Source: Parcubacteria group bacterium (lineage in GTDB: Bacteria > Patescibacteriota > Microgenomatia > UBA1400 > PJMF01). From it: a DNA stretch of 64,000 nucleotides. Under the pieces are notes generated by a model that saw only the letters and a list, made by a program, of their open reading frames with translations, did not search any database and was not told the origin of the DNA. The stretch spans positions 66,061-130,060 of the forward strand of contig CALQZX010000002.1 of the NCBI GenBank assembly GCA_943350175.1, in the 5' to 3' direction. Position 1 is the first letter of the stretch. Each line of letters begins with the position of its first letter. The position numbers were made by a program, and so were the translations under genes. Shown here piece by piece: positions 48,593-57,386 of this stretch.

Positions 48593-49980
48593 TGAATTTT
48601 AAAAATATATTATTAACTTTTGAAGAAAATTGGTCAGAAGATAAAATAAGAAAAAGCTATCTTTTGAATTTAATTAACGCTGGTTTATTTATTTTTCTTG
48701 TTTCTATCATTGCAATTCGAATCTTAGGAGAAATGTTTTTCAATGCATCTTCAAACAAAGAAAGTTTTGTGGTTTTGTTCTCTATTCTTTTACTTTTGAG
48801 TTTTATGATCTTTTTAGTGAAAAAGGGATTTGTTCGAATTGTAGCTTTCTCAATTTTGATTTTGTTGTTAGCCTCTTCTTTAAAAGGCAGTTTTACGTGG
48901 GGATTAGATCTTTATACAGTTGATATGATGTATCCGCTGATTATCTTGTTGAGTGCTATTTTAATTAGCTCAAAATTTTCTTTTTTCATGCTCTTTATTA
49001 TTTGCTTTAATTTATCTCTGATATTTATTTTGCAAGAAAATGGATATTCATTTGCAAGTTCCGCATGGAAGCTATCCACACCGAGTTTCCTGAATTTATT
49101 AACCATTTTGCTTATTTATACTTTGATGACCTTTCTATCCTGGTTGTCATCCAGGGAAATTGAAAAATCTTTAAATAAATCAAGGATTTTGGCTAGCAAA
49201 CTCAAAATGCAGAATGAAAACCTTGAGCAAATAGTTGAAGAAAGAACAAAAGAATTAAAAGTATTGCAGTTAAATCAGCTGACCAGAATTGCTCCGCTTT
49301 TAGATCTTGGAAAGTTATCTGCCGGTCTAATTCATGACGTCAGAGAACCTTTAGCAGTTTTAAGTTTTATTATGCAAAATGCAAGTCAAAATAAAAACAT
49401 AGTAAAAGATTTGGATGAGGCTTTTTTGGCAATTAATAAAATAGATGAACTTTCAAAAATGAGCGCTTGTCAGCTGTTCAGTGAACCCGAATTAGAAATT
49501 TTTAATTTAAATCAAGAAATAAAAAAAATTATTAGTTTATTTGAATATAAAACTAGACTCAGAAAAGTAAGGATTATTTTTGAAACAAATAAAGAATATG
49601 ACTTGCATGCTGACCGATCAAAGTTGAATCAAGTAATAGCCAATTTGATTTTAAATTCATTAGAAGCTTATGAATTTTCTGAAAGTAAAGAAAAATATAT
49701 TTTTATAAAATTAATTAAAAAGCCGAGGAACTTGTTAATTAAAATTAAAGACTATGGAATTGGAATTAATCAAGAAAATTTAATTCACATTTTTGAACCA
49801 AACTTTTCATCCAAAGATAATAAAGAATTTTTGGGGTTTGGCCTCTATGTTAGTCAAGAAGCAATGAAGAAAGTTTTTGAAAGTAGAATTGGATTTGAAA
49901 GTGAAGCTGAAGCTGGTTCTGAATTTACGCTTTTTATAAAAAATAAATTTATTCTCAATGAATTCGCTAAAAGCCATTAA
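48592..49980 (+). CDS. sensor histidine kinase (polytopic N-terminal sensor domain)
   Basis: 462 aa. ~7 TM helices, H-box region (LIHDVREPL), HATPase N box (LILNSLEA), G1 (IKDYGIGI) and G2 (GFGLYV) boxes. Confidence 0.7.
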   Translation: MNFKNILLTFEENWSEDKIRKSYLLNLINAGLFIFLVSIIAIRILGEMFFNASSNKESFVVLFSILLLLSFMIFLVKKGFVRIVAFSILILLLASSLKGSFTWGLDLYTVDMMYPLIILLSAILISSKFSFFMLFIICFNLSLIFILQENGYSFASSAWKLSTPSFLNLLTILLIYTLMTFLSWLSSREIEKSLNKSRILASKLKMQNENLEQIVEERTKELKVLQLNQLTRIAPLLDLGKLSAGLIHDVREPLAVLSFIMQNASQNKNIVKDLDEAFLAINKIDELSKMSACQLFSEPELEIFNLNQEIKKIISLFEYKTRLRKVRIIFETNKEYDLHADRSKLNQVIANLILNSLEAYEFSESKEKYIFIKLIKKPRNLLIKIKDYGIGINQENLIHIFEPNFSSKDNKEFLGFGLYVSQEAMKKVFESRIGFESEAEAGSEFTLFIKNKFILNEFAKSH

Positions 49981-51769
49981 TTATTTAGAAAATCATTATC
50001 TTGATGATAATCAAGCACTTTTTCCAATTATCTTAATTTTAAATTCTCTAAATAGTTGCCAATTGAAGGGGGCTAATAAAATAAAGAAAGAAATTTTCTC
50101 GTTCCTTATTAAGGAAAAATCATCGAATAACTCATTTAATTATTGGTGCAAAGATTCGGCTAGTTATTTAAAAGAGCCATATCCAAATGATCTGGATGAC
50201 ACTTTTTGTGCTTGGGAGGCTTTGTTTCATTTTGATAAAGAAATTATCAATGAACTCGTTCTATTAGATTTGAGCAAGATTTTGCTTCTCAATCAAAAGA
50301 AAAATTCTGGACCATATTTTACTTGGATTGTGAATAAGAATGATTTTCCAAAATGGAAGAATATTGACCTGTTGGTTAATATAAACATAGCTAGATTTTT
50401 AACATCTCAGAAGATTTTAGTTAAGGGTTTGGACGAGTTTATAGATGAAAAGATATTATCTGAAGACTTGTCATCAGTTTATTACAAAGGAGAATTGGCG
50501 AGTTTATATTTTTTAAGCTATTTTTATAAAGGACAACTTAAAAATAAAATTAAAGAAAAATTAATTTTGTATCTAAATCAAAAGACCTCAGATAGTTCAA
50601 TGATTCTTTTATTTATCGCAACTATTCGTTTTGGTTTTGAAGATTTACTAATCAGTGAGCACTTAAAAATAATTTCATCGTTACAAGAAAAAGATGGTTC
50701 GGTTAATTCTTTTGATTTTTATAATTATAGAAATCAAAAAACTGGTGAGAAATGTTATGGCAGCAAATCGCTGAGCACTGCTTTTTTCTTGGAATTATTA
50801 ATGCTTCTAGAAAAAATGAAACTTAATAAAAAAGAGTCAAAATTAAAAAGTGATTTAATGAGTGTGTTTAAGCAAAAAACTTCGATTCTGAAAGATGAAA
50901 AGATAGAGGAAATACTTGTTAAAAAGGCTAATTCTATTATTAATGGCAAGGAAAGCGATTTAGCCATATTCTTACCAAGGCAGCTGATTATTTCTTTAAA
51001 AAAGAAGGTTAGAATTGGTGACGAAATTATTCTCAGATTATCATTAATTAATCTTTTTGCTTGGCTAGCTTACACAATTTATGATCACATCAATGATCAA
51101 GAAGGAGATTTTGACAAATTACCGATTGCCAATTTAGTTTTTCAGTTGCTTATTAAAGAAGTTTTATTACTACCTAATGGCGCATTCTATCTTTACAAGA
51201 TTATTAATCTTTTCACGATGATGGAAAAGAATTTTTTAGAAGAATTAAATTTTTATCGATTTGATAATCAACCTTGGATGAAAATCTCTGAAATTAATGA
51301 ATCAAAAATTAAAATTTTTTTATATAACAAATCAATTGGTCAGATTTTTTCAGTTTATTTTTTATTGGATTATCTTGAGTTGAAAGACAAGAAAATTATC
51401 TTGGCGATTTTACGTAATCTGATTTTGATAAAACAGATGAATGATGATGCTCACGATTGCTTCAAAGACCTGAGTGCTGGGCAAATCAATAGTGTTAATT
51501 ATATTTTACTCAAACACATTTCCTCTGAGGAAAATAGAAATCAGTTCTTATGTAAAAAAATAGAGGAATTAAAAATTATTTATTATAAAGAAATTATTCC
51601 AGTTTTTTCAAAAAAAATATTCTTATACATTAAAAAAACTAAAAGCTTATTAATTCGACAGACTTTATTAAAAGAAGATGACTTTTTTATGAAAGTTTTA
51701 TCTAAGTATGAAAATATAACTAAGGAAGGTCTAAGGGAAAGAACAAATCTTATCAATTATCTAAACTGA
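49958..51769 (+). CDS. hypothetical alpha/alpha-toroid repeat protein with class-II-terpene-cyclase-like DxDDT motif
   Basis: 603 aa, 23-nt overlap with the kinase gene. Motif YPNDLDDTFCAWEAL, several Q-x3-5-G/S-x-(W/F/Y) repeat-like segments (QKKNSGPYFTW, LQEKDGSVNSFDFY), and a DDxxD (NDDAHD) in the C-terminal half. Confidence 0.5.
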   Translation: MNSLKAINYLENHYLDDNQALFPIILILNSLNSCQLKGANKIKKEIFSFLIKEKSSNNSFNYWCKDSASYLKEPYPNDLDDTFCAWEALFHFDKEIINELVLLDLSKILLLNQKKNSGPYFTWIVNKNDFPKWKNIDLLVNINIARFLTSQKILVKGLDEFIDEKILSEDLSSVYYKGELASLYFLSYFYKGQLKNKIKEKLILYLNQKTSDSSMILLFIATIRFGFEDLLISEHLKIISSLQEKDGSVNSFDFYNYRNQKTGEKCYGSKSLSTAFFLELLMLLEKMKLNKKESKLKSDLMSVFKQKTSILKDEKIEEILVKKANSIINGKESDLAIFLPRQLIISLKKKVRIGDEIILRLSLINLFAWLAYTIYDHINDQEGDFDKLPIANLVFQLLIKEVLLLPNGAFYLYKIINLFTMMEKNFLEELNFYRFDNQPWMKISEINESKIKIFLYNKSIGQIFSVYFLLDYLELKDKKIILAILRNLILIKQMNDDAHDCFKDLSAGQINSVNYILLKHISSEENRNQFLCKKIEELKIIYYKEIIPVFSKKIFLYIKKTKSLLIRQTLLKEDDFFMKVLSKYENITKEGLRERTNLINYLN

Positions 51770-51783
51770 TCTCCCAAAAGCTC

Positions 51784-52416
51784 ATGCGACTGTTAATTTT
51801 TAGTCAAGATAATCAACTATTAAGATTCTTTACTGCAAACTTCCCTAAAAAAGCAATTTCAGACATAGTTTTTTCTAAAGAAGATTTTTTTACCAATTTC
51901 TACTTATATGATTATGATTTAATTTTGTTAGATCTGTTATTTGTGGGAAATAATTATTGCGATTTAATTAAAGAGGTTAGAGAAGAGAATAAAAGAATTT
52001 CAATTATTTGTTTATTTGGAAAAGACAAATTTCCAAATTTGGCTGAAACTTTATCTTTACAAATAAATTATTTATTATTTAAGCCAGATTTGTTTAGTCA
52101 AAATTTGCAAACAAATTCTCTTAATTTATTAAAATTTGATCAAGAAGCAGATCTTTTCTTTACAAGAAATAGAATGCTTAAATTAAGCAAACAAGAACAT
52201 CTCTTATTAAAATTTTTATTTTTAAATCAGCATAAATTTAATTCAAAATTAGAGATAGCCAGAAAGATATTGAAAGAGTCTTATCTCATTGGCTCTAATC
52301 TAGTTGATGTTTACATTTACAGGCTGAGAAAAATTTTAGGAAGCGAATCATCAGGAGTAAAAATAATAAACCGAAAAAATTTTGGTTATAAAATTACTGC
52401 TTGTACAGATTCATAA
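51784..52416 (+). CDS. OmpR-family response-regulator-like protein (atypical receiver + winged-helix DNA-binding domain)
   Basis: 210 aa. Phospho-acceptor-like Asp in DLILLDL, K-P in KPDLF, acidic pocket DN instead of DD. C-terminal winged helix (…VDVYIYRLRKIL). Confidence 0.6.
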   Translation: MRLLIFSQDNQLLRFFTANFPKKAISDIVFSKEDFFTNFYLYDYDLILLDLLFVGNNYCDLIKEVREENKRISIICLFGKDKFPNLAETLSLQINYLLFKPDLFSQNLQTNSLNLLKFDQEADLFFTRNRMLKLSKQEHLLLKFLFLNQHKFNSKLEIARKILKESYLIGSNLVDVYIYRLRKILGSESSGVKIINRKNFGYKITACTDS

Positions 52417-52578
52417 ATTTTGTTATTTTATTTCTTGCTGTGGAATATAGTGAAAATCTATAACTGTGCCGCAACGGTGATTCCTTAGGGATTAGTCCGA
52501 TCTTCAGCAAAAGAGATATTCTTGACGAGCATCGAGTTAGAGTTATTTTGTAGACTTTAATTTTCTACCACAATCGAT

Positions 52579-52600
52579 GCTCCCTGAGGGGAGCTTTTTT
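52579..52600 (+). terminator. intrinsic terminator; its 5' stem arm can alternatively pair with 52527-52534
   Basis: GCTCCC-TGAG-GGGAGC followed by T6. The upstream octamer GAGCATCG (52527-52534) is exactly complementary to CGATGCTC (52575-52582), which overlaps the terminator stem. Confidence 0.55.
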
Positions 52601-52676
52601 GTCTAAAGACCAAGGTAAAGCAATTTATTTATTTTGCTCCAAGGGTTTTCCTTGCGGAGCTAGTGAAAGGTCTGAA

Positions 52677-53390
52677 ATGTCAAAAGAAGAAGGCAGGAAA
52701 GCTTTAGAAATGGCTGGAAGCATTGGAGTTGGTGCGAGCGAAATGGGGGCAAACTGGGCCTCACTCAACACACTTAACTTTTCCTCAATCTTAGAAAATT
52801 TAGGTCAAGAAATCGGGATGAGCAGTTTTGAATGGCAAAAAATTTTATCTCAGGCTGGTTTGTGGATGATAGATGGCTTAGATGCAAGAATTACTAATTT
52901 GCAAAACAAGGCTGTCGAACAGAGCACAGCAATTGAATTAAGACAGATGTTTGGCGTGCCAATTTCTTTACTAGCAATGCCTGTTTTCGTTGAATTGGAA
53001 GGCATGGAATTAGCTGCAAAGATTGATCTGAAACAAGAAGCATTGGCAACTTCTCAACTATGGGAGCAAATTAATAATAGGTTGCTTTATGCTATTCAGT
53101 TGTTTTTGGCAGAACAAATTAATTTGGTAGAAGAAGATAAGCTTGCGCATGAAGCAGCCTTGACTGAGTCAAAAAAGGAAGCAGATGATGTCCCTGCCTT
53201 GGCAGAAACAATTCAAAGAATAGGAGAAAAATTCAAATTAAAGCTGGCAGAGTTGGAAAAAAATAAAGATTCTTTATTAAATGCTTTTTCAAAAGTAAGC
53301 AAAAATACCATTGCTTCCGTTGAAAGAGTTTTCGAGACGACGGTTTTTAGTGCGCGAGGACAGAGTTTGACTACGGTTTCTATAAAATAA
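52677..53390 (+). CDS. hypothetical protein
   Basis: Start placed at the ATG at 52677 (GAAAGG 7 nt upstream). The tracked TTG start at 52599 lies inside the terminator T-tract. ~237 aa, helical, no motif recognised. Confidence 0.45.
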   Translation: MSKEEGRKALEMAGSIGVGASEMGANWASLNTLNFSSILENLGQEIGMSSFEWQKILSQAGLWMIDGLDARITNLQNKAVEQSTAIELRQMFGVPISLLAMPVFVELEGMELAAKIDLKQEALATSQLWEQINNRLLYAIQLFLAEQINLVEEDKLAHEAALTESKKEADDVPALAETIQRIGEKFKLKLAELEKNKDSLLNAFSKVSKNTIASVERVFETTVFSARGQSLTTVSIK

Positions 53391-53438
53391 AAAGCTGGAG
53401 ATATTATTGAGAGATAGAGAATATGCTTTTTTATTGTG

Positions 53439-53509
53439 ATCCCGGGTCAGGATTCGAACCTGAAATAACTGATTCAGAGTCAGTGATGATGCCATTTCAC
53501 TACCCGGGA
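53439..53509 (-). tRNA. tRNA-Gln (anticodon CUG)
   Basis: Hand-folded from TCCCGGGTAGTGAAATGGCATCATCACTGACTCTGAATCAGTTATTTCAGGTTCGAATCCTGACCCGGGAT. U1-A72 pair as in bacterial tRNA-Gln, perfect anticodon stem ACTGA/TCAGT with loop CTCTGAA, perfect T-arm TCAGG-TTCGAAT-CCTGA. Confidence 0.75.
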
Positions 53510-53557
53510 GTGTGATTTTAAGATTATTTTACCTTCTAATTATATAACAAAATAATT

Positions 53558-54229
53558 ATGAAGAGGATCTTAATTCTTGAGAGCGATTGGCTTGTTTTAT
53601 CTACTCTAAATGATTATCTAAAAAAGAAGGGCTGTCTAGTAAATTGTGCTCAAACAATTGAGAGAGCCAAAGTCTTACTTCTTAAACATAAATTCGACCT
53701 ATTTATTTGCGAACGCATCTTGGAAGAGGGTGACGTTTTAGATTTTTTAGATTCTATTAAAGAGAAAAAACTATTCATGAGGGTCTTGGTTGTCAGTCAA
53801 AAAAAATCATTATTAGATAGAATTGATACTTTAAAATTAGCCAACGATTTTCTAGCCAAACCATTTAATTCAACTGAACTTTATTTGAAAATTGACAATC
53901 TGCTGAATTTAGAAAGAATTGGCGGCGATGAATTCATAGAAAATTCACTTTTTTTGCTTAAAGATTCAGCTGGCTTAGAAAATAAAAATCATTTTCGTCC
54001 TCAAGAATTAAAAATTCTTGAATGTCTCCTCAAGCATAAGAATATGGTAATTTCTTATGAGACGATCTCCTCATATGTTTGGGGTTATAGAGATTCGTTC
54101 CCTCTTAAAAAAACCATTAGTGTCTATATTAGAAGAATAAGGACTAAGCTATTCTTACAAAATTTGAAGATCATGACTGTCAAAAATAGAGGTTATAAGC
54201 TTATTGATTTAAAGGAAAAAAGCATTTAA
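53558..54229 (+). CDS. OmpR-family response regulator
   Basis: 223 aa. Receiver domain (MKRILILESD…, DLFICE) and C-terminal winged helix (…ISVYIRRIRTKL). Confidence 0.65.
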   Translation: MKRILILESDWLVLSTLNDYLKKKGCLVNCAQTIERAKVLLLKHKFDLFICERILEEGDVLDFLDSIKEKKLFMRVLVVSQKKSLLDRIDTLKLANDFLAKPFNSTELYLKIDNLLNLERIGGDEFIENSLFLLKDSAGLENKNHFRPQELKILECLLKHKNMVISYETISSYVWGYRDSFPLKKTISVYIRRIRTKLFLQNLKIMTVKNRGYKLIDLKEKSI

Positions 54230-54671
54230 CGGTAGTGCCTCTATTTTTTTTGGAAAATATTTTTAGATATCCGCCAAATTCTTTTTTTATTTCTTTATTA
54301 ATTTTTTGAAGATCTGATTCTTTGGACCCATCTCCTAGAATTAATATACTTTGTTGGAGCAGCTTCTTGGAAAGAAAAGATATGCCGCTTCCACCATCAG
54401 TTATGCTCAACGACAGCTCTTTTTCACTTTCTAATTTGCTGGTTAATAAAATAATTTTATTTGGTATTTTTTTTGGATATGCTTTTTTAGCTTGTTTAAT
54501 TAAACTAAAAATTAGTCCTTGGAAAATAGCTTCGTTCCCAATAATCTCAAGTTCTTTTGGAACGTCTATTTTGCAACTATAAATAAAACCTTTTTTAATT
54601 AAAGAACTGAGAGTTATGACTTCTCTAATTTTTTGATTAACAGGAATTTTTCTCGCTTCAATTCGCTTCAT
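54201..54671 (-). CDS. stand-alone histidine-kinase-type ATPase domain (HATPase_c only; possible kinase remnant)
   Basis: 156 aa. N box (GNEAIFQGLIFSLIKQA), G1 (ITDGGSGIS), G2-like (GDGSKE…GGYL). No HisKA/H-box, no TM region. Convergent with and overlapping the regulator gene by 29 nt. Confidence 0.4.
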   Translation of the reverse strand: MKRIEARKIPVNQKIREVITLSSLIKKGFIYSCKIDVPKELEIIGNEAIFQGLIFSLIKQAKKAYPKKIPNKIILLTSKLESEKELSLSITDGGSGISFLSKKLLQQSILILGDGSKESDLQKINKEIKKEFGGYLKIFSKKNRGTTVKCFFPLNQ

Positions 54672-54715
54672 TAAAATATCTTAAAGCGACAACTTAAAAT
54701 TTACTTAAAATTTTA

Positions 54716-56197
54716 CTATGGATTTGCTATCTCTATCTCCCACACCTCCAAACACGGTGCGCCATTTGGCCTACAGAAGCTCGCTAGACGCTGTTTAGGC
54801 GGTATTTCCATCTTTAAGCGGTGTGAATTAACCACCAATAATTTCAAGTCAAATCCTTCAGCCTTTTCCCAGAAACTTTTCGGAATATTTCGGACAGGTT
54901 GGCCAATGCCTTCCACATAAATATTTTTCACATCTTGATTGTGTAAATTTAGCAGAATTCCATCTGGTAGTGTCCCAAAATAACCCTCCGTTGCTACCGC
55001 CACCTTTTGCGTCTTAGCCAATTCTTGAATCATCTCTGTCACTTCCTTAATTCCGTGTCCAGAAGACCATTCTTGCAAGAATTGCTCGCGATCAACTTTG
55101 CTCAATTGCAGCTGATCGACATTAAAGTAAGCATTTTTGATAAACATTGCATAAGGCAAAATAATCAGCAGCAAAGCCAAATACCTAATAACTTTCTTCT
55201 CACGTAAATTATGGAGAGTAATAGCCGCTGAACTGAGGAAAAAGAAAGCGCTTGGCAGTATGTAGCGAGGATAAATGATTTTGCCAAGCAAAACCAAAGG
55301 CAAAATAAACAATATTCCAGATAAAAATAAAACCGTTTGTTTGCGACGAGTTTTGGCAAAAGCTGGCAAAGCCAAAACCAAGATCACTGGGCCTAAATAA
55401 GTCATCAATTGTTCCATAAAGAAAGTAGTATTGTGAACAATTACTGGCCAGATGGCAGTAGAAAAAATCACTTCTTTGCTTTGCAGGAAATTACCACCGA
55501 CCGCAAATAATTGACTGAATAAAGGTACGACTTTGAAACTGGCAAATGCCAAGCCAGCCAAAAGCAAACCAGCACTAATTTTCAAGCCTTTTTCGACAAT
55601 CAATTTAAGAGTGAGTTTCTCCTCAAAGAAAATTGCCAGATAGAAAACCGGCATGAAAAGCAAGGCTGGAGTTTTGCTCATGATTGCTAGGAAGAAAAAA
55701 CCCGCTAATCCTAGAATTGCCCACAGACTTTTGTTTTTCACAATCAACAAAGTGAAATAATAAGCCACGATTAGATTCGCCAAGAGCAAAGCATCGGTAA
55801 TGGCCAGGCGATTGTGAAAGAAGATAAAAGGATTAATGATTGCCAAAAACATCGCCAGGTAAGCGGCTGATTTTTCTTTAAGCTTGGCCAAGATCAGGAA
55901 AATAAAAGACACACTCACTGCTCCGGCCAAAACCGAGACTAATCTAGCAGCGTAGAGCTGATCGCTAAAGAAGTGTAGAAAAGGCACCATTAACCACATC
56001 AAGAGTGGAGTCTTGCCATCGTTCATAGGATAGAAAAGGTAGCGATTAAAATCATCGATAATCAATTGAGCCCAACGAATATAGATTGATTCATCGGCAA
56101 AGACTGGCAAAGCAGTCAAATGAAAAAGCTGTAGTGCAAAATACAAAACCAAGAGCAATAAAAAGAAAAACCAAGCTTTATTCTTCACGCTTCCCAT
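54716..56197 (-). CDS. GT-C glycosyltransferase, family 39 (PMT/ArnT-like polyprenyl-phosphate-sugar-dependent transferase)
   Basis: 493 aa, ~11 TM helices, N-terminal loop DE motif (VFADESIYIRWAQ) as in PMT/ArnT enzymes. Confidence 0.65.
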   Translation of the reverse strand: MGSVKNKAWFFFLLLLVLYFALQLFHLTALPVFADESIYIRWAQLIIDDFNRYLFYPMNDGKTPLLMWLMVPFLHFFSDQLYAARLVSVLAGAVSVSFIFLILAKLKEKSAAYLAMFLAIINPFIFFHNRLAITDALLLANLIVAYYFTLLIVKNKSLWAILGLAGFFFLAIMSKTPALLFMPVFYLAIFFEEKLTLKLIVEKGLKISAGLLLAGLAFASFKVVPLFSQLFAVGGNFLQSKEVIFSTAIWPVIVHNTTFFMEQLMTYLGPVILVLALPAFAKTRRKQTVLFLSGILFILPLVLLGKIIYPRYILPSAFFFLSSAAITLHNLREKKVIRYLALLLIILPYAMFIKNAYFNVDQLQLSKVDREQFLQEWSSGHGIKEVTEMIQELAKTQKVAVATEGYFGTLPDGILLNLHNQDVKNIYVEGIGQPVRNIPKSFWEKAEGFDLKLLVVNSHRLKMEIPPKQRLASFCRPNGAPCLEVWEIEIANP

Positions 56198-57386
56198 TAA
56201 ATAGGAAAACTACCCCACTAAGCAAGAGGTAGAAAGCTGGAATTAGCCAAGTAACGGCTTTTTGCAGAGGTTCCAAACTACTGGTGTCCAAATGAAAACT
56301 CATCCAAGGAATGTAATAAAACCAAGGCACATTGCGAAGTAGAGAAGATAGTGAAAAAACGATCAATAAATTACGCCAAAATTTAATTTTTACCATTGGT
56401 ACAAAAATCAAAGACCATAATAAATACCAAGGCAAAAATTGCTTGGAACGATCAGTGAGGAGTGGCGCAAACATGGCCAAACTCATCAGCTCGTAGCTAT
56501 ATTTCTCTATTAGCTGAAATAACTTTATCTTGCTGCCAAGTTTTTCTTTAACCAAGAAATAGCCGATGAAAGGCAATAAAACTACCGTGGCAAATTTAAT
56601 CGAAATGGAAAAAACCATCAACAGCACGATCAAAATAATTCTCAGCAACTTGTTTTTCTTAAACTCGCTCGCCAAATAAACAGCCAAAAGCGCTGGTGCC
56701 AGCATCCATAAATCGTTGTGAGCGCTGCTAAGAATTTCGATCAAAACTAGTGGGTTGAGAAAGAAAAGAGCAAGCTTTTGATAATTTTCTTTTTTGAAGA
56801 ATTTTTCGCTAATTAATAAGGTGAGTAATAAAGATAAAAAGGCAAATAATTTAAAGACAAAAAAAGTACTTAGGAATTTGCCAAATCCCGCCACATACGG
56901 CGCTAGAGATAAGGCTGTCCAACCATAGCCATAAGGAGCTGGTGTATGGGTATTATTCATAAAGCGTAGCAATGGATCATTGGCAAAATCCAAAGCAGTT
57001 TTGATGTGCGGATTGGTGCCATATTCGACTACCATTTTGGCGTTAAAAATATAATTAAAGAGATCATGAGAAAGGCCATTATAAGAAAGAATTAAAGGCA
57101 AACTAATAATAATTAAAAATTGCCAAAAGTTTTTTCTAGAATTTAAATTTAATTTTTCAAAGTTTTTGAGAATTAATAAATAATTAGCAAAAATTAAAAC
57201 AACTAAGACAAAAAAGAAAACGGTGCGAAAACTTTGCAGTGGTAAGACATTTTTCCAGAGATAAGTTTGAAAATTTACAAACCAATCATATTTAAGTAAG
57301 ATTAAATTTGGATCAGCAACCACAAAAGAAAACAGCGCGAAAATCACGAAAAGAAAAAAATAAGAAATCAACCAAAATTTTTTCAT
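56178..57386 (-). CDS. polytopic membrane protein (probable GT-C-fold glycosyltransferase or associated protein)
   Basis: 402 aa, >10 TM helices, overlaps its neighbours by 20 and 4 nt (operon). Confidence 0.45.
   Translation of the reverse strand: MKKFWLISYFFLFVIFALFSFVVADPNLILLKYDWFVNFQTYLWKNVLPLQSFRTVFFFVLVVLIFANYLLILKNFEKLNLNSRKNFWQFLIIISLPLILSYNGLSHDLFNYIFNAKMVVEYGTNPHIKTALDFANDPLLRFMNNTHTPAPYGYGWTALSLAPYVAGFGKFLSTFFVFKLFAFLSLLLTLLISEKFFKKENYQKLALFFLNPLVLIEILSSAHNDLWMLAPALLAVYLASEFKKNKLLRIILIVLLMVFSISIKFATVVLLPFIGYFLVKEKLGSKIKLFQLIEKYSYELMSLAMFAPLLTDRSKQFLPWYLLWSLIFVPMVKIKFWRNLLIVFSLSSLLRNVPWFYYIPWMSFHLDTSSLEPLQKAVTWLIPAFYLLLSGVVFLFNGKREE

Noticed and set aside
52599-52676. TTG start at 52599 for the 52677 gene
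   Set aside because: The start codon would lie within the terminator T-tract with no Shine-Dalgarno; the ATG at 52677 has GAAAGG at ideal spacing.
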